From Actinobacteria bacterium UBA4426 (GTDB taxonomy: Bacteria; Actinomycetota; Actinomycetes; S36-B12): DNA of 64,000 nucleotides. Positions 27,515-37,638 of this stretch are shown one piece after another. The stretch lies in assembly GCA_002390705.1 (NCBI GenBank), contig DGQA01000002.1:50845-114844 (forward strand), written 5' to 3'. The notes beneath the pieces were generated by a model. The model searched no databases. It had not been told where the DNA came from and saw only the letters and a list, made by a program, of their open reading frames with translations. Each line of letters begins with the position of its first letter. Position 1 is the first letter of the stretch. A program made the translations under genes and the position numbers.

Positions 27515-28834
27515 TTATTTTTGTGGCTGCAAAGCCCATTCTGCCCATGGCAAGGGATCCCCTGCGTACTTTGTCGCCCGCACGTCACCGGATCGGGCAT
27601 GGCCTTCGAACAGCTCAACACGACTCGCTCGACCGCACATGCGGCCAAGTTCGGTGCTTGATTCCTCGTTCACTACCTCTTGATAGGTGACCGTCTTGAG
27701 GTACTTACCAACCCAAAGTCCGCCGGTGTACCGGGCACTTTTACGGGTAGGGAGGGTGTGATTAGTGCCAATGACCTTGTCGCCATAAGAGACACAGGTT
27801 CCTTCTCCTAAGAAAAGTGCGCCATAGTCTGTCATTTTTTCGAGTGCCTCCCGAGGATTCTCCATCAGAATTTGCACGTGCTCACTCGCGAGTTCATCGG
27901 CAAGAGCGAATGCTTCATCTCTATTGCCAACGACGATCACTTCGCCATGATCCCGCCATGCCGGCCCGGCCATGTCATTCGTAGGCATCTCGGGCAGAAT
28001 GCGGTCAATGTGTCCCATCGCTTTACGGGCGACCACCTCCGACGTTGAAATTAGAATTGCGGGAGAATCTGGGCCGTGCTCAGCCTGACTTAAAAGATCA
28101 ACGGCAACGATAAATGGGTCTGCATATTCATCTGCAACCACCAGAATCTCGGTCGGTCCGGCGAACAGATCGATGCCGACCTCTCCAAACAGTTGTCGTT
28201 TGGCTTCAGCTACGTATGCGTTGCCTGGGCCGGCGAGAATATTGACTTTATTGATGGTTTCGGTGCCCAATGACATCGCAGCTACCGCCTGGACTCCGCC
28301 AAGCAAATAAATGTCATCTGCACCTGCAAGATGCATGGCCGCAATAGTGGCCGCGGGGATCTCACCACGAATGGGCGGAGTGCATGCTGCAACATTTTGA
28401 ACGCCCGCAACTTTCGCGGTAACAACTGTCATATGGGCTGATGCGACAAGCGGGTAACGGCCACCGGGGACGTAGGCTCCCGAAGCGTTAACAGGGATAT
28501 TTTTTTGCCCAAGGAACACTCCAGGCATCGTCTCTACTTCGAAATCTTTCAAAGATTCCTTCTGGAGTTGAGCGAACGCCCGCACATTAGCCTGCACTGC
28601 TTTAATGTCGTCAATGGATTGTGCTGGGACGTCACTTATGATGCGCTCAATCTCTTCTTGATTAAGCTTAAAGTTCTCCGGCGACCATTTGTCGAATTTC
28701 TCTGAATACTCGCGTACGGCTTCATCGCCGCGCAAGCGGATGTCTGCGATAACTTCTGCAACAACGCCTCGAACCTCCATTTGGGCTGCAGTAGCAATCT
28801 CTTTGTCCACCGGTGCCTTGAGTACTTTCGCCAT
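27515..28834 (-). CDS. Histidinol dehydrogenase-family paralog (HpsN-like catabolic clade)
   Basis: YVPGGRYPLVAS, GGVQAVAA, GPGNAYVAEAKR, AGPTE, QAEHG, ASEH, SYGDKVIGTNHTLPT; no his genes nearby. Confidence 0.85.
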   Translation of the reverse strand: MAKVLKAPVDKEIATAAQMEVRGVVAEVIADIRLRGDEAVREYSEKFDKWSPENFKLNQEEIERIISDVPAQSIDDIKAVQANVRAFAQLQKESLKDFEVETMPGVFLGQKNIPVNASGAYVPGGRYPLVASAHMTVVTAKVAGVQNVAACTPPIRGEIPAATIAAMHLAGADDIYLLGGVQAVAAMSLGTETINKVNILAGPGNAYVAEAKRQLFGEVGIDLFAGPTEILVVADEYADPFIVAVDLLSQAEHGPDSPAILISTSEVVARKAMGHIDRILPEMPTNDMAGPAWRDHGEVIVVGNRDEAFALADELASEHVQILMENPREALEKMTDYGALFLGEGTCVSYGDKVIGTNHTLPTRKSARYTGGLWVGKYLKTVTYQEVVNEESSTELGRMCGRASRVELFEGHARSGDVRATKYAGDPLPWAEWALQPQK

Positions 28835-28874
28835 ATCAGTTCCCTTGCCTCGTAGTTTTAAAACTACTATTCTT

Positions 28875-28888
28875 CGCATACTTATGCA
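28875..28888. promoter_or_regulatory. Candidate LacI-family operator
   Basis: CGCATACTTATGCA (GCATA-N2-TATGC palindrome) in the divergent HisD-like/LacI promoter. Confidence 0.55.
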
Positions 28889-28929
28889 TGTCAAGCAGTA
28901 TCGAACAATACCGTCAGAAATGAGAGAAA

Positions 28930-29940
28930 ATGGCGATCACCAGTCACGATGTTGCGAGGCTCGCAGGAGTCTCACAGCCCACAGTCTCGCGCGCCTTGCG
29001 CGACCAGTGGGGGGTCTCTGCCTCAACTCGCCGCAAGGTACGCGAAGCTGCTCGCACCCTTGGCTACGTTCCGATTCAAGCCGGCCGGACACTTTCTACG
29101 CAGACATCTGGGCGCATTGGAATTGTCAGCGCCGAACTTTCGAACCCGTTTTATCCGGCGATCATTGAACCTGTGCATGATGAACTTGCTCGCCTTGGAT
29201 TTCGCACCATTCTTGTAACCGACCGCGGTCACGAACCTGTTGAATTGGAACCCATAATCGATGGATCGTTGGACGGCGTAATTCTAACAACGACCGACTT
29301 GGATAGCCAGCTTCCCTACGAATTGCGCCGCAGAGGAGTCCCCTTTGTGCTCCTCAACCGAGACACCCTCCAGCAAGAATATGACGCATGTGTGGTGAAC
29401 AACACCGTTGGCGTTTGGGATGTGGCAAAGCTTCTCCTTGGGCTGGATCATCAACGAATCGGAGCTATTTTTGGGCCGGATACCGCGAGCACCGGCCTCG
29501 AAAGGCGCACTGGCTTTGCTCGAGCCCTTGAACGGCTTGGGGCAAGTCTTCCTAACTCACTCACTTTTAGTGGCCCCTTCTCTTCAACAACTGGGTCTCA
29601 GGGATTTCAGTATCTCTGGAAGGCAAAGCCGACCGCTATTTTCTGCGCCAATGACGTTATCGCTCTCGGGGCCCTTAGTGAAGCAGCTGCTCTCGGGGTG
29701 AGGATCCCAAAAGACGTAACCCTCGTTGGCTTCGATAACATTCCCATGTCGAGTTGGAACATATTTGGGCTTACTACTATTGGTGTATCACTTGAAGAAA
29801 TGGCAATGACCGCAGTTGGATTGCTGACACGCCGAATGGAAGATACTGAACGGGAGGTGCAGCGGGTGACAATGCAACCTTTACTCACACTGCGATCCAC
29901 CCATGGCCGCCCTCGCGCTCTTGAGGAAGAGACGCGCTAA
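28930..29940 (+). CDS. LacI family transcriptional regulator
   Basis: TSHDVARLAGVSQPTVSRAL HTH; PTAIFCANDVIALG; IPKDVTLVGFDN. Confidence 0.95.
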   Translation: MAITSHDVARLAGVSQPTVSRALRDQWGVSASTRRKVREAARTLGYVPIQAGRTLSTQTSGRIGIVSAELSNPFYPAIIEPVHDELARLGFRTILVTDRGHEPVELEPIIDGSLDGVILTTTDLDSQLPYELRRRGVPFVLLNRDTLQQEYDACVVNNTVGVWDVAKLLLGLDHQRIGAIFGPDTASTGLERRTGFARALERLGASLPNSLTFSGPFSSTTGSQGFQYLWKAKPTAIFCANDVIALGALSEAAALGVRIPKDVTLVGFDNIPMSSWNIFGLTTIGVSLEEMAMTAVGLLTRRMEDTEREVQRVTMQPLLTLRSTHGRPRALEEETR

Positions 29941-29949
29941 TCCCAGCTT

Positions 29950-30684
29950 CTACATAAACCGACCGCCCGTGACCTCGAGCACGGCGCCAGTTACGTAACT
30001 TGATAGTTCGGAAGCAAAAAAGAGGACTGCGTTCGCCACCTCGTCTGCCGCGCCCGGCCTTCCTAGTGGAATCTCACGTATCTTCTCTTGGAGTATCTCT
30101 TTCGAAAGAGATGCCGTCATGGGAGTTTCAATTAAGCCCGGTTGAACCGCATTCACTCGGATTCCATACCGCGCAACCTCTTTAGCGGCAGCTTTAGTAA
30201 GACCGACTACGCCAGCCTTGGCTGCCGAATAGTTGGTCTGCCCAAAGAAGCCGACTTTCCCGCTGATTGAGGACAGATTGACAATTGCGCCTCCGCCAGA
30301 TCCCTTCATGTACGAGGCAGCGGTTTTCGTGCCAACCCAAACTCCCTTGAGGTTGACATTAATGACCTCATCAAACTGTTGCTCGGTCATTTTCGACAAA
30401 GTTGCATCTCGAGTGATGCCTGCATTGTTAACGAGAACATTAACCGCGCCAAACTTGTCAACGGCTCGATCAAAGAGTCTCTCCATGGACGTAATTTCAG
30501 TGACATCACATGCAACATGCAAAAATCGATCAGAGAATTGTGTGGTTGAGTCCGGGCGTACTTCACTTACGTCTGCGACAACAATATTGGCTCCGTGTTT
30601 CCACATCATCTCTGCTGTGGCGAGCCCGATACCTTGAGCTCCCCCTGTCACAATGCAGGTCTTGGCGTCAAGTAAAGGTTCCAT
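29950..30684 (-). CDS. SDR, 3-oxoacyl reductase (FabG-like)
   Basis: TGGAQGIG, NNAGITRD, GQTNYSAAKAG. Confidence 0.92.
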   Translation of the reverse strand: MEPLLDAKTCIVTGGAQGIGLATAEMMWKHGANIVVADVSEVRPDSTTQFSDRFLHVACDVTEITSMERLFDRAVDKFGAVNVLVNNAGITRDATLSKMTEQQFDEVINVNLKGVWVGTKTAASYMKGSGGGAIVNLSSISGKVGFFGQTNYSAAKAGVVGLTKAAAKEVARYGIRVNAVQPGLIETPMTASLSKEILQEKIREIPLGRPGAADEVANAVLFFASELSSYVTGAVLEVTGGRFM

Positions 30685-30691
30685 AAGAAGA

Positions 30692-30991
30692 CTACACTAA
30701 GTCGACGGGTAGCCAATGTTCCACTATTGGTGCCTCACCAAGAAGATCAGTCACAAGTACGCTCCAAGCACCAAACAGCTCAGACTGCACAAACCCTATT
30801 GTGTGATCTTCTACGCTCTCCCATTTGATTTTGAGGGCGAAAGTGTTGGGTCGTTCAATGCCGCGACCAAGCGATAGTGACACAAAGCCCTGTGAACGGG
30901 GGAATATGTCTTTGCTAGCTATTCTCACCGCTTCTTCAAATGCATCTTGCTTACCTTCCTGCACTTCAATGAATGCAATTTCCTCAACCAT
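30692..30991 (-). CDS. Antibiotic biosynthesis monooxygenase (ABM) domain protein
   Basis: 99 aa; GF...GIERP...WESVEDH..GF pattern. Confidence 0.82.
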   Translation of the reverse strand: MVEEIAFIEVQEGKQDAFEEAVRIASKDIFPRSQGFVSLSLGRGIERPNTFALKIKWESVEDHTIGFVQSELFGAWSVLVTDLLGEAPIVEHWLPVDLV

Positions 30992-31005
30992 AATTATTTC
31001 CTCTC

Positions 31006-32964
31006 TTAGTTGTTCGTTAGTTGGATAAAGATATCAAGAGCTGATGCGTCCTGCAGGGAGTCAATGTTTATGACTTCTTGTGGGCGGGCACCCTGGAGAA
31101 TCCTCTTGACCGGAACTTCACATTTCTTGCCATTAAGCGTTTTTGGGATAGATGAAATGAATCGAACTTCATCTGGGACATGGCGCGGAGACAATTTAGA
31201 TTTAACCACGCAACGAACCTGTTCAATAATCTCTTGCTCATCTGCCTCATCACTCTTGACTACAAATAGCCACATGATTCCGTCATCAGTCGAGCCGGGT
31301 TGCACCACATCTACTACAAGAGTCTCTACGATTCCCTCGATCTTTTCCACAACACGATAAAAGTCTGCGGTCCCGCTGCGAATCCCGCCCCGATTTAGTG
31401 TTGCGTCGCTACGTCCCACAACAACAAATGAGCCGCGTGAGGTATGCGTGCACCAATCTCCGTGGCGCCAGATACCGGGGTAAAAGGCAAAGTACGTATC
31501 CCGGTAGCGAGATCCATCGATATCACCCCACAGCCCAACCGGCATGCTTGGCAGTGCCTGGATCAAGACGAGTTCGCCGACCTCTTCGAGCACTGATTGA
31601 CCGTTTTCATTTAAAGACCGGGCGTCAACCCCCAACCCGGCTCCGGACAGCTCACCCTTCCAGACTGGAAGATTTGGTGCTGATATGAGAAATGCAGTAC
31701 ACATATCTGTCCCACCGGATGTGGAGCAAACTTGAATATGAGTACCCAGCGACTCTGAAATCCACCCAAACGCCTCGGGGGAGAGCGGGGATCCTGTCGA
31801 ACCAATCGATTTGAGTTTGGGCATAGCTCCGACAGTCGATGGACGCGCACCTGCTTTCATCGAAGCATGAATAAAAGATGCGGAAACCCCAAAGAGTTCG
31901 ACCTGCTCATCCGACGCTAATTGCCAAAGTCGGTTCACATCTGGCCACCCGGGGTTTCCGTCAAAGAGGATGATCGTTGATTCCACGAGTAAGCCTGATA
32001 CCAGATAATTCCACATCATCCAGCCTGTCGTCGTAAACCAAAAAAATCGCGAAGTTGGCCCTAGGTCGTGATGTAAACGTAGGTTCTTCCAATGCTCTAG
32101 AACTATGCCTCCGTGTCCGTGCACAATTCCTTTGGGTAAACCGGTTGTCCCTGAAGAGAATAGAACCCACAGTGGGTGCGAGAAATCAACCTGCTCAAAT
32201 TTGAGCGGCTCATACTCCGACACGAATTCGTCCCAGCGAGTTGAGTGGCGAGACGGCGAAGTCATTTCAGGGCCCGCAACGACAGCATCCCTTAACGTTG
32301 GTAAGGACCCTACGAGGGTTGCGACGGTCGAGGAGATATCAAAAAGCTTTCCGCCATAAGAGTAACTATTGACTGCAATGAGGAGCGTCGGTTTTAATTG
32401 GCGGAATCGATCAAGTATCGCTTGTCCCCCGAAATCAGGAGAACAAGCCGACCAAATAGCTCCAAGTGAAGCACTCGCGAGAAATCCAACAAGCGCCTCA
32501 ATCGAGTTTGGCAGCACTGCAGCGACAACATCCCCCTTTGCGACCCCGATTCGACGCATCCCTGACCTCGCTCTCGCAACGAGGTCTGTCAACTCCGCGA
32601 GAGTTAGCGTTGTGCGCCGCCCGTCTTCGCTGACATGGATTACAACGAGTGCCTCTGCAGGCCGCGAACGGGTTTCCCTTAGCGCCACTTCAGCGTAATT
32701 TAATCTCGACCCGGGAAACCAACGTGCCGACTCCAAGTTTTCTCCCTCGAGCGCTGCATCTGACTCGACGGTGAGGTTAAGACCAATGTGGTCGGCAAGA
32801 CCCGCCCAAAATCGGCCAACATCCTGAACTGACCAACGGTGCAATGATCCGTAATCTTGGACTGTCAGCCCGAGTGTGTGCCTTTTATTAACGAATTCAA
32901 CAAATTTAGCCATCGCAGTCTGGGGGAGCGTGGATGAGTCCGGGCTCCATACAACTGTTGTCAT
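31006..32964 (-). CDS. Acetoacetate-CoA ligase
   Basis: WFPGSRLNYAE, WSACSPDFG, FSSGTTGLPKGIVHGHGG, TTGWMMWN, SGGTD, WRHGDW, GRSDATLN, GKKCEVPVK. Confidence 0.92.
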   Translation of the reverse strand: MTTVVWSPDSSTLPQTAMAKFVEFVNKRHTLGLTVQDYGSLHRWSVQDVGRFWAGLADHIGLNLTVESDAALEGENLESARWFPGSRLNYAEVALRETRSRPAEALVVIHVSEDGRRTTLTLAELTDLVARARSGMRRIGVAKGDVVAAVLPNSIEALVGFLASASLGAIWSACSPDFGGQAILDRFRQLKPTLLIAVNSYSYGGKLFDISSTVATLVGSLPTLRDAVVAGPEMTSPSRHSTRWDEFVSEYEPLKFEQVDFSHPLWVLFSSGTTGLPKGIVHGHGGIVLEHWKNLRLHHDLGPTSRFFWFTTTGWMMWNYLVSGLLVESTIILFDGNPGWPDVNRLWQLASDEQVELFGVSASFIHASMKAGARPSTVGAMPKLKSIGSTGSPLSPEAFGWISESLGTHIQVCSTSGGTDMCTAFLISAPNLPVWKGELSGAGLGVDARSLNENGQSVLEEVGELVLIQALPSMPVGLWGDIDGSRYRDTYFAFYPGIWRHGDWCTHTSRGSFVVVGRSDATLNRGGIRSGTADFYRVVEKIEGIVETLVVDVVQPGSTDDGIMWLFVVKSDEADEQEIIEQVRCVVKSKLSPRHVPDEVRFISSIPKTLNGKKCEVPVKRILQGARPQEVINIDSLQDASALDIFIQLTNN

Positions 32965-33013
32965 TTTACAAGCTCTTTACTCATGACAAAATTGATTGAA
33001 TTCCCTTGAAGGG

Positions 33014-34033
33014 TCATTCGGCCTCAGGCATACTGGCAAGGCCCAATAACTGATCGGGGTGAGGCCGCCCGTGAGATTCTTCGTACCGGTGAACAATGGC
33101 CACAACCGCATCATTGAGCGGAGTTGGGATACCGACCTTTCTGCCTTCGGCGGAGACACCACCGTTGATGACGTCAACCTCCGTGACCGAGTTTTTTTCA
33201 ATATCTTGCAACATGGACGCCTTAGTTGGTCCCAGCGTTGACATAAGAACTTTAATCGACTCCATCGATCGGGGTTGGTCCTTGGGATCGAGCACTGCAA
33301 TATCGCGCGGCTTGATCCCGGCGACAACATCAAGATTGATATTCATGGCCTCCGCAACCCGGTAACCTTCTGTCCACAGAGCTATCGCCACGTCTATGCC
33401 ATGCGGCTGAGCGATCACGTCTCCATATACCAACCCAGTAACGACCCCTAGCCCAGAGAAAGAGCTGTTCAGTAGCAACTTCGACCAAACTTGACCTTGG
33501 ATGTTGTCAGTGAAATGAACTTCAGCTACGTCGGAGAGCACCTGACCTAAAGATTCGAGACGCTCAGACATCGCTCCGTTGAGCTCTCCTAACGCGAATG
33601 GCGCGATCGTTGTCTGAGCCACATGCCCTGGCCCCAGGTTTGTAGCGCCCCAAGAGACAGTTCCCACGAGCAAGCGGTCCGACCCAATGACTTCTTGAAT
33701 ACGATTTTGAACCAGCCCGTTTCCCAATGAAACGAAGAGATCGACACATTGCATTTCGACGAGTGGTTTAAGTGCGGTGCGAATATGCGGAGCTTTTAGT
33801 GTAACTAGGCCAAACTCATAGGTTCCACTCAATTCGCTTACATCACTCACGGCGATGAGAGGCACAGTGTGGCTTTCACCCACAAGATCAACTTCCAAGC
33901 CCGGGTCGCGCATTCGTTGGACGTGTTCGCGGTCTGCGTCAAGAACGGTGACGTCGTGGCCACTTCTTGCTAAGCGAGCAGCCGTGACGCCACCGATGGC
34001 TCCGCCCCCAATTATCAGAATCCGCTTGGGCAT
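33014..34033 (-). CDS. Ketopantoate reductase (PanE/ApbA) family 2-hydroxyacid dehydrogenase
   Basis: GGGAIGG, WSKLLLN, ASMLQD, TEVDVING, PTPLN. Confidence 0.88.
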   Translation of the reverse strand: MPKRILIIGGGAIGGVTAARLARSGHDVTVLDADREHVQRMRDPGLEVDLVGESHTVPLIAVSDVSELSGTYEFGLVTLKAPHIRTALKPLVEMQCVDLFVSLGNGLVQNRIQEVIGSDRLLVGTVSWGATNLGPGHVAQTTIAPFALGELNGAMSERLESLGQVLSDVAEVHFTDNIQGQVWSKLLLNSSFSGLGVVTGLVYGDVIAQPHGIDVAIALWTEGYRVAEAMNINLDVVAGIKPRDIAVLDPKDQPRSMESIKVLMSTLGPTKASMLQDIEKNSVTEVDVINGGVSAEGRKVGIPTPLNDAVVAIVHRYEESHGRPHPDQLLGLASMPEAE

Positions 34034-34042
34034 AAAAGAGTC

Positions 34043-34915
34043 CTAAATAAGATTTGCGGGATCAGAAATTCCCCGGTAGACAGTCTGAACGCCATGCTTC
34101 CAAAAGGCCTTCTGCTCAGCACTGAACCGAGTGAGGGCGTCGGGAGCCTTCGGCAACGTTTCAAAAAATCCCATGTCATGGCTCACCAACATATTTGCGT
34201 CCATAACGTTTGCCAGGGCAGTCAAGCGATGCATTGACATGGCAGCGGAGGTCGCGTCGCTCGTGATTCCTCCAGGAGTGTCCCATGCGACGTTGTTCTG
34301 GCAATTCACCGCATCTCCCGCGAGAATCACCGATCCCACATCTGGAACATCCCACAAGGCAATAGATTGGTGGCCGGGCGTATGGCCGGGCGTTGAGATC
34401 AAATGAACCCCAGGAAGGATGCACCAATCCCCCTCGGCCAGGTTCCAATTAAAATTCGGGTGGTCATAGTCGCTCTTCTGATAGGGGAACGTGGAAAAAC
34501 CATCTGGAGCCGAGACCCAACGGTATTCAGCCTTTTGAACAACATGCAGAGCCTCTGGAAAAAATCGTGCACCGCCACAATGATCATGGTGTAGGTGCGT
34601 GTAGACCACCATTTTGATATCAGAAGCGTTCAGTCCGAGAAGCTTGATTTGCTCCAGGGGGTGATTGCGTTTCTCCATGATCGGGGTCGCAGCGCTAGCG
34701 AGCGGGATCCCCCAAGTTCCTTCGGGGTCATCAATAACGTCAGGGTCGTTGCCCGTGTCAATGAGGACAAATCCTCGTGTTGTCTCGAGCAAGAAATACT
34801 GGACCGGAATTCGGATTCTTTGCCCAGGACGATCCCCAGAAACCATGACGCTTGCATCAAGTTCTAGTTCACCCCCGTCGAGGATATAAACTTTTTTGAC
34901 AACGGTGTTTACCAT
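34043..34915 (-). CDS. Metallo-beta-lactamase-fold lactonase (AiiA/AttM/4-pyridoxolactonase family)
   Basis: LIDTG, THLHHDHCGG, TPGHTPGHQS, LAGDA, SHD. Confidence 0.88.
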   Translation of the reverse strand: MVNTVVKKVYILDGGELELDASVMVSGDRPGQRIRIPVQYFLLETTRGFVLIDTGNDPDVIDDPEGTWGIPLASAATPIMEKRNHPLEQIKLLGLNASDIKMVVYTHLHHDHCGGARFFPEALHVVQKAEYRWVSAPDGFSTFPYQKSDYDHPNFNWNLAEGDWCILPGVHLISTPGHTPGHQSIALWDVPDVGSVILAGDAVNCQNNVAWDTPGGITSDATSAAMSMHRLTALANVMDANMLVSHDMGFFETLPKAPDALTRFSAEQKAFWKHGVQTVYRGISDPANLI

Positions 34916-34944
34916 TAACTTCTCCTTAGATATTGATTAACTTT

Positions 34945-35856
34945 TTACACTTCAGCCACCGGGCCAGACTCTCCAATTTCCCAAGAATCGTCAATAGCTC
35001 TGCTCGTATCAGTAATCCATTCGCTCCACGAACCTACATACATTCGGGCCCCATCAAATCCAGCGTGCGCCATTCCGAGCACATTTTGAGCAGCGGTAAT
35101 ACCAGATCCGCAGTAAAACACCACGTCACTCGGATTTCTCTCACCAATGAGCGCTTGAAAGTGAGCTCGCAATTCTTCACTGGACCGCCAACTCATGCCA
35201 TCTGGTGCACTATTTAATGCTCTGTCTGCCGCCTGAGACCCGGGAATGTGACCCTTGATCGCATCGTGCGAGGGGACTCCGTCACTCAGCGAGCGAGAAT
35301 CAAAAATGAGGAGTTCCCCACTCTCGCTTTTCTCTTCAATCTCGGGGAGGTGAATATACACATGATCGAGAAAATTTGGATCGTAGGCCGTGCGAGCAAC
35401 CTGAGACGTCTCCGCGTCCAGCGGGAATCCTGCTGCCACCCACGCTTGATATCCACCGTCGAGCAACGCGACCGACTCCAACCCCGCCCATCTGAGCATG
35501 GTCCACAAACGCGAAGCCGCCATGATTCCATTCATGTCATCATAAATAACAACCTGCGATAATTCGTCGATGCCCCAGTCGCGAATGGTTTGCGCAAATG
35601 TCGACTTCTCCGGCAATGGTCGCCGTCCGGTCACGCCAGGGATAATTGCACCTGCCATGTGCACCGCGACATCAGCCTGCCGGGCGCCCGGAAGATGTCC
35701 CTGACCAAAGTTAACCAGCGCTTGGTCTTCGGAATCGATGTCAAATCTTGCATCTAAAATCACAAGCCCTCGTCGGTGGATTATCGAGTGAAGATCCTCA
35801 GCGGAGATCAAAGTTCGATACGACGCACCTTGATGGGAATCTTGGTGGCTAGTCAT
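34945..35856 (-). CDS. Two-domain sulfurtransferase (rhodanese / 3-mercaptopyruvate ST, SseA-like)
   Basis: GHLPGA, LLDGG, GHIPG, active-site loop CGSGITA, YVGSWSEW. Confidence 0.9.
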   Translation of the reverse strand: MTSHQDSHQGASYRTLISAEDLHSIIHRRGLVILDARFDIDSEDQALVNFGQGHLPGARQADVAVHMAGAIIPGVTGRRPLPEKSTFAQTIRDWGIDELSQVVIYDDMNGIMAASRLWTMLRWAGLESVALLDGGYQAWVAAGFPLDAETSQVARTAYDPNFLDHVYIHLPEIEEKSESGELLIFDSRSLSDGVPSHDAIKGHIPGSQAADRALNSAPDGMSWRSSEELRAHFQALIGERNPSDVVFYCGSGITAAQNVLGMAHAGFDGARMYVGSWSEWITDTSRAIDDSWEIGESGPVAEV

Positions 35857-35910
35857 GTGTTCTTCTCCTCGATCGGTTTTTCCACTTCACGCTGTTCACT
35901 ACACACGACC

Positions 35911-36882
35911 CTAATCTCGACCCGGTGGTGGGCCGATTTCTTCACGCAACTTGGCTAAAGCCGCGTAAGCTCGGTTTCGATAAAGAGCAATTTCTTCTCG
36001 TTGCAACGTATCCATGCCGGTAAATCCGCCACCTGACTTCAGCCCAAGATTTCCACTCTTAACCCGCTCAACCAAAGACGCAGGAACCGCATATCTTTCT
36101 CCATATGCCTTACTTAAACTTTCATAAGCTCCAACGTAGACGTCGAGACCCGCCATATCGGCACCCGCAAAGGGACCGAAGAAAGGCAATCTGAATCCGA
36201 ACGAATTTCTGACAACTTCATCGATTAATTCAGGCGTCGCCGATCCCTCGTCAACCATGCGCATGGATTCCTGGAAGAGAGCAAATTGAAGCCGGTTCGC
36301 AACAAAACCTGCAACGTCAGATACTCGGGTAGTGACCTTGCCAAGGCTCTGGAGCAGATGCTCGACACCAGCGGTAACCGATTCCGATGTTTGTTCTATG
36401 GGAATAACTTCCACGCATGGGACGAACGGGGCAGGGTTCATCCAGTGTGCGCCCAAGAAACGCTCAGGATTCACAACAAACTCAGCGAGAACACTAATGG
36501 GAATCGCCGAAGTGTTTGATGTGATGACGGTATCTACCCGTGCTACTGCTGAAATTCGACCAAACACCTGTTCCTTGGCTGCCAAATTCTCTGACACAAC
36601 TTCGGCAATGTAGTCCGCATCGGCCACGGCGTCCTCGATTGAATCGGCGGGAACAAGTCGATGCTCGATAAGATCAGCGCTTCCCAACTCAAAAAGCCCG
36701 TCCAGCTCATATGCCCTTGCTTCGTGGACTAAACGCACTTTAGCCGCGTGAGCTGTTTCCTTGTCGATATCGGCAATCGCACATTCGTAGCCGGCCAGGA
36801 TGAAGCACTGAGCCATTCCCCCTCCCATGTAACCACTGCCAACGATTACTATCTTCTTAATCGGCCTTTCGTGCACGTTCAA
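35911..36882 (-). CDS. 3-hydroxyacyl-CoA dehydrogenase family (gulonate/carnitine dehydrogenase-like) protein
   Basis: GSGYMGGG, SNTSAIPI, GAHWMNP, GFVANRLQFAL, FGPFAGADMAGLD. Confidence 0.85.
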   Translation of the reverse strand: MNVHERPIKKIVIVGSGYMGGGMAQCFILAGYECAIADIDKETAHAAKVRLVHEARAYELDGLFELGSADLIEHRLVPADSIEDAVADADYIAEVVSENLAAKEQVFGRISAVARVDTVITSNTSAIPISVLAEFVVNPERFLGAHWMNPAPFVPCVEVIPIEQTSESVTAGVEHLLQSLGKVTTRVSDVAGFVANRLQFALFQESMRMVDEGSATPELIDEVVRNSFGFRLPFFGPFAGADMAGLDVYVGAYESLSKAYGERYAVPASLVERVKSGNLGLKSGGGFTGMDTLQREEIALYRNRAYAALAKLREEIGPPPGRD

Positions 36883-36897
36883 CCCAATACCCTTCCT

Positions 36898-37638
36898 TTA
36901 ATGAATTGTGTATCCGCCATCGATTGCTAATACATGCCCGGTAATCATGCCAGCCTGCTCACTCATTAAAAAAGCCACAGCAGGTGCGACGTCGGTCGGT
37001 AGCCCCAACCTTCCTAAGGGGATGCGCGATGTCAGTTGCTCTTCCATTCCTGGGCGACTTAAGGTAGCGGCGGTCAAGTCCGTCCAAATGAATGTAGGGG
37101 CGACGGCATTCACGCGAATGCCGTACTGACCCCATTCAAGCGCCAAGACACGAGTCATGTGCGCGACGGCCGCCTTACTGGCGCCGTACGCAACCCGCTC
37201 TTCAATAGCCACGGTGCCTGCCTGACTGCCAATATTGACGACGCTTCCGTGAATACCTTCAGCGACCCAATAACGGGCAAGTGCTTGTGTGACAAAAAAA
37301 GTCCCATTCACGTTTGTGTCCATAACACGCTGCCACGAGTCTTCATCTACATCCAAGGCAGCCTGCGGCGCATTAATGCCTGCGTTGTTGCACAGAAGGT
37401 GAATAGGCCCCTCCTTGTCCCACAAAGATTTCACACCACTTTTTAGGGACTTGGAATCGCAGACATCCAGTACGACTGGAGCAGTTCCATATTTTGAAGC
37501 CATGAGTTCTGCGTCGTCCCGATTACGCGACGTGCCAAACACTCGCGCACCGCTAAAGTGCAGTTCATCCGCGATTGCGGCGCCGAGGCCACCCTGCGCC
37601 CCTGTTACCAGTGCGGTTTTCCCAGCGAGAGAGTACAT
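36898..37638 (-). CDS. SDR family NAD(P)-dependent oxidoreductase
   Basis: TGAQGGLG, NNAG, YGASK, NAVAPTFI, DGGYT. Confidence 0.92.
   Translation of the reverse strand: MYSLAGKTALVTGAQGGLGAAIADELHFSGARVFGTSRNRDDAELMASKYGTAPVVLDVCDSKSLKSGVKSLWDKEGPIHLLCNNAGINAPQAALDVDEDSWQRVMDTNVNGTFFVTQALARYWVAEGIHGSVVNIGSQAGTVAIEERVAYGASKAAVAHMTRVLALEWGQYGIRVNAVAPTFIWTDLTAATLSRPGMEEQLTSRIPLGRLGLPTDVAPAVAFLMSEQAGMITGHVLAIDGGYTIH

Noticed and set aside
26476-27648. ORF-track N-terminal extensions (also 7371-8828, 23698-24570, 43318-44205, 49761-50807)
   Set aside because: They overlap neighbouring genes or promoters; downstream starts with an RBS or a family-typical N-terminus were used instead
27515-28834. 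Calling this gene biosynthetic hisD
   Set aside because: GDK rather than GDY motif, divergent LacI regulator and no his operon
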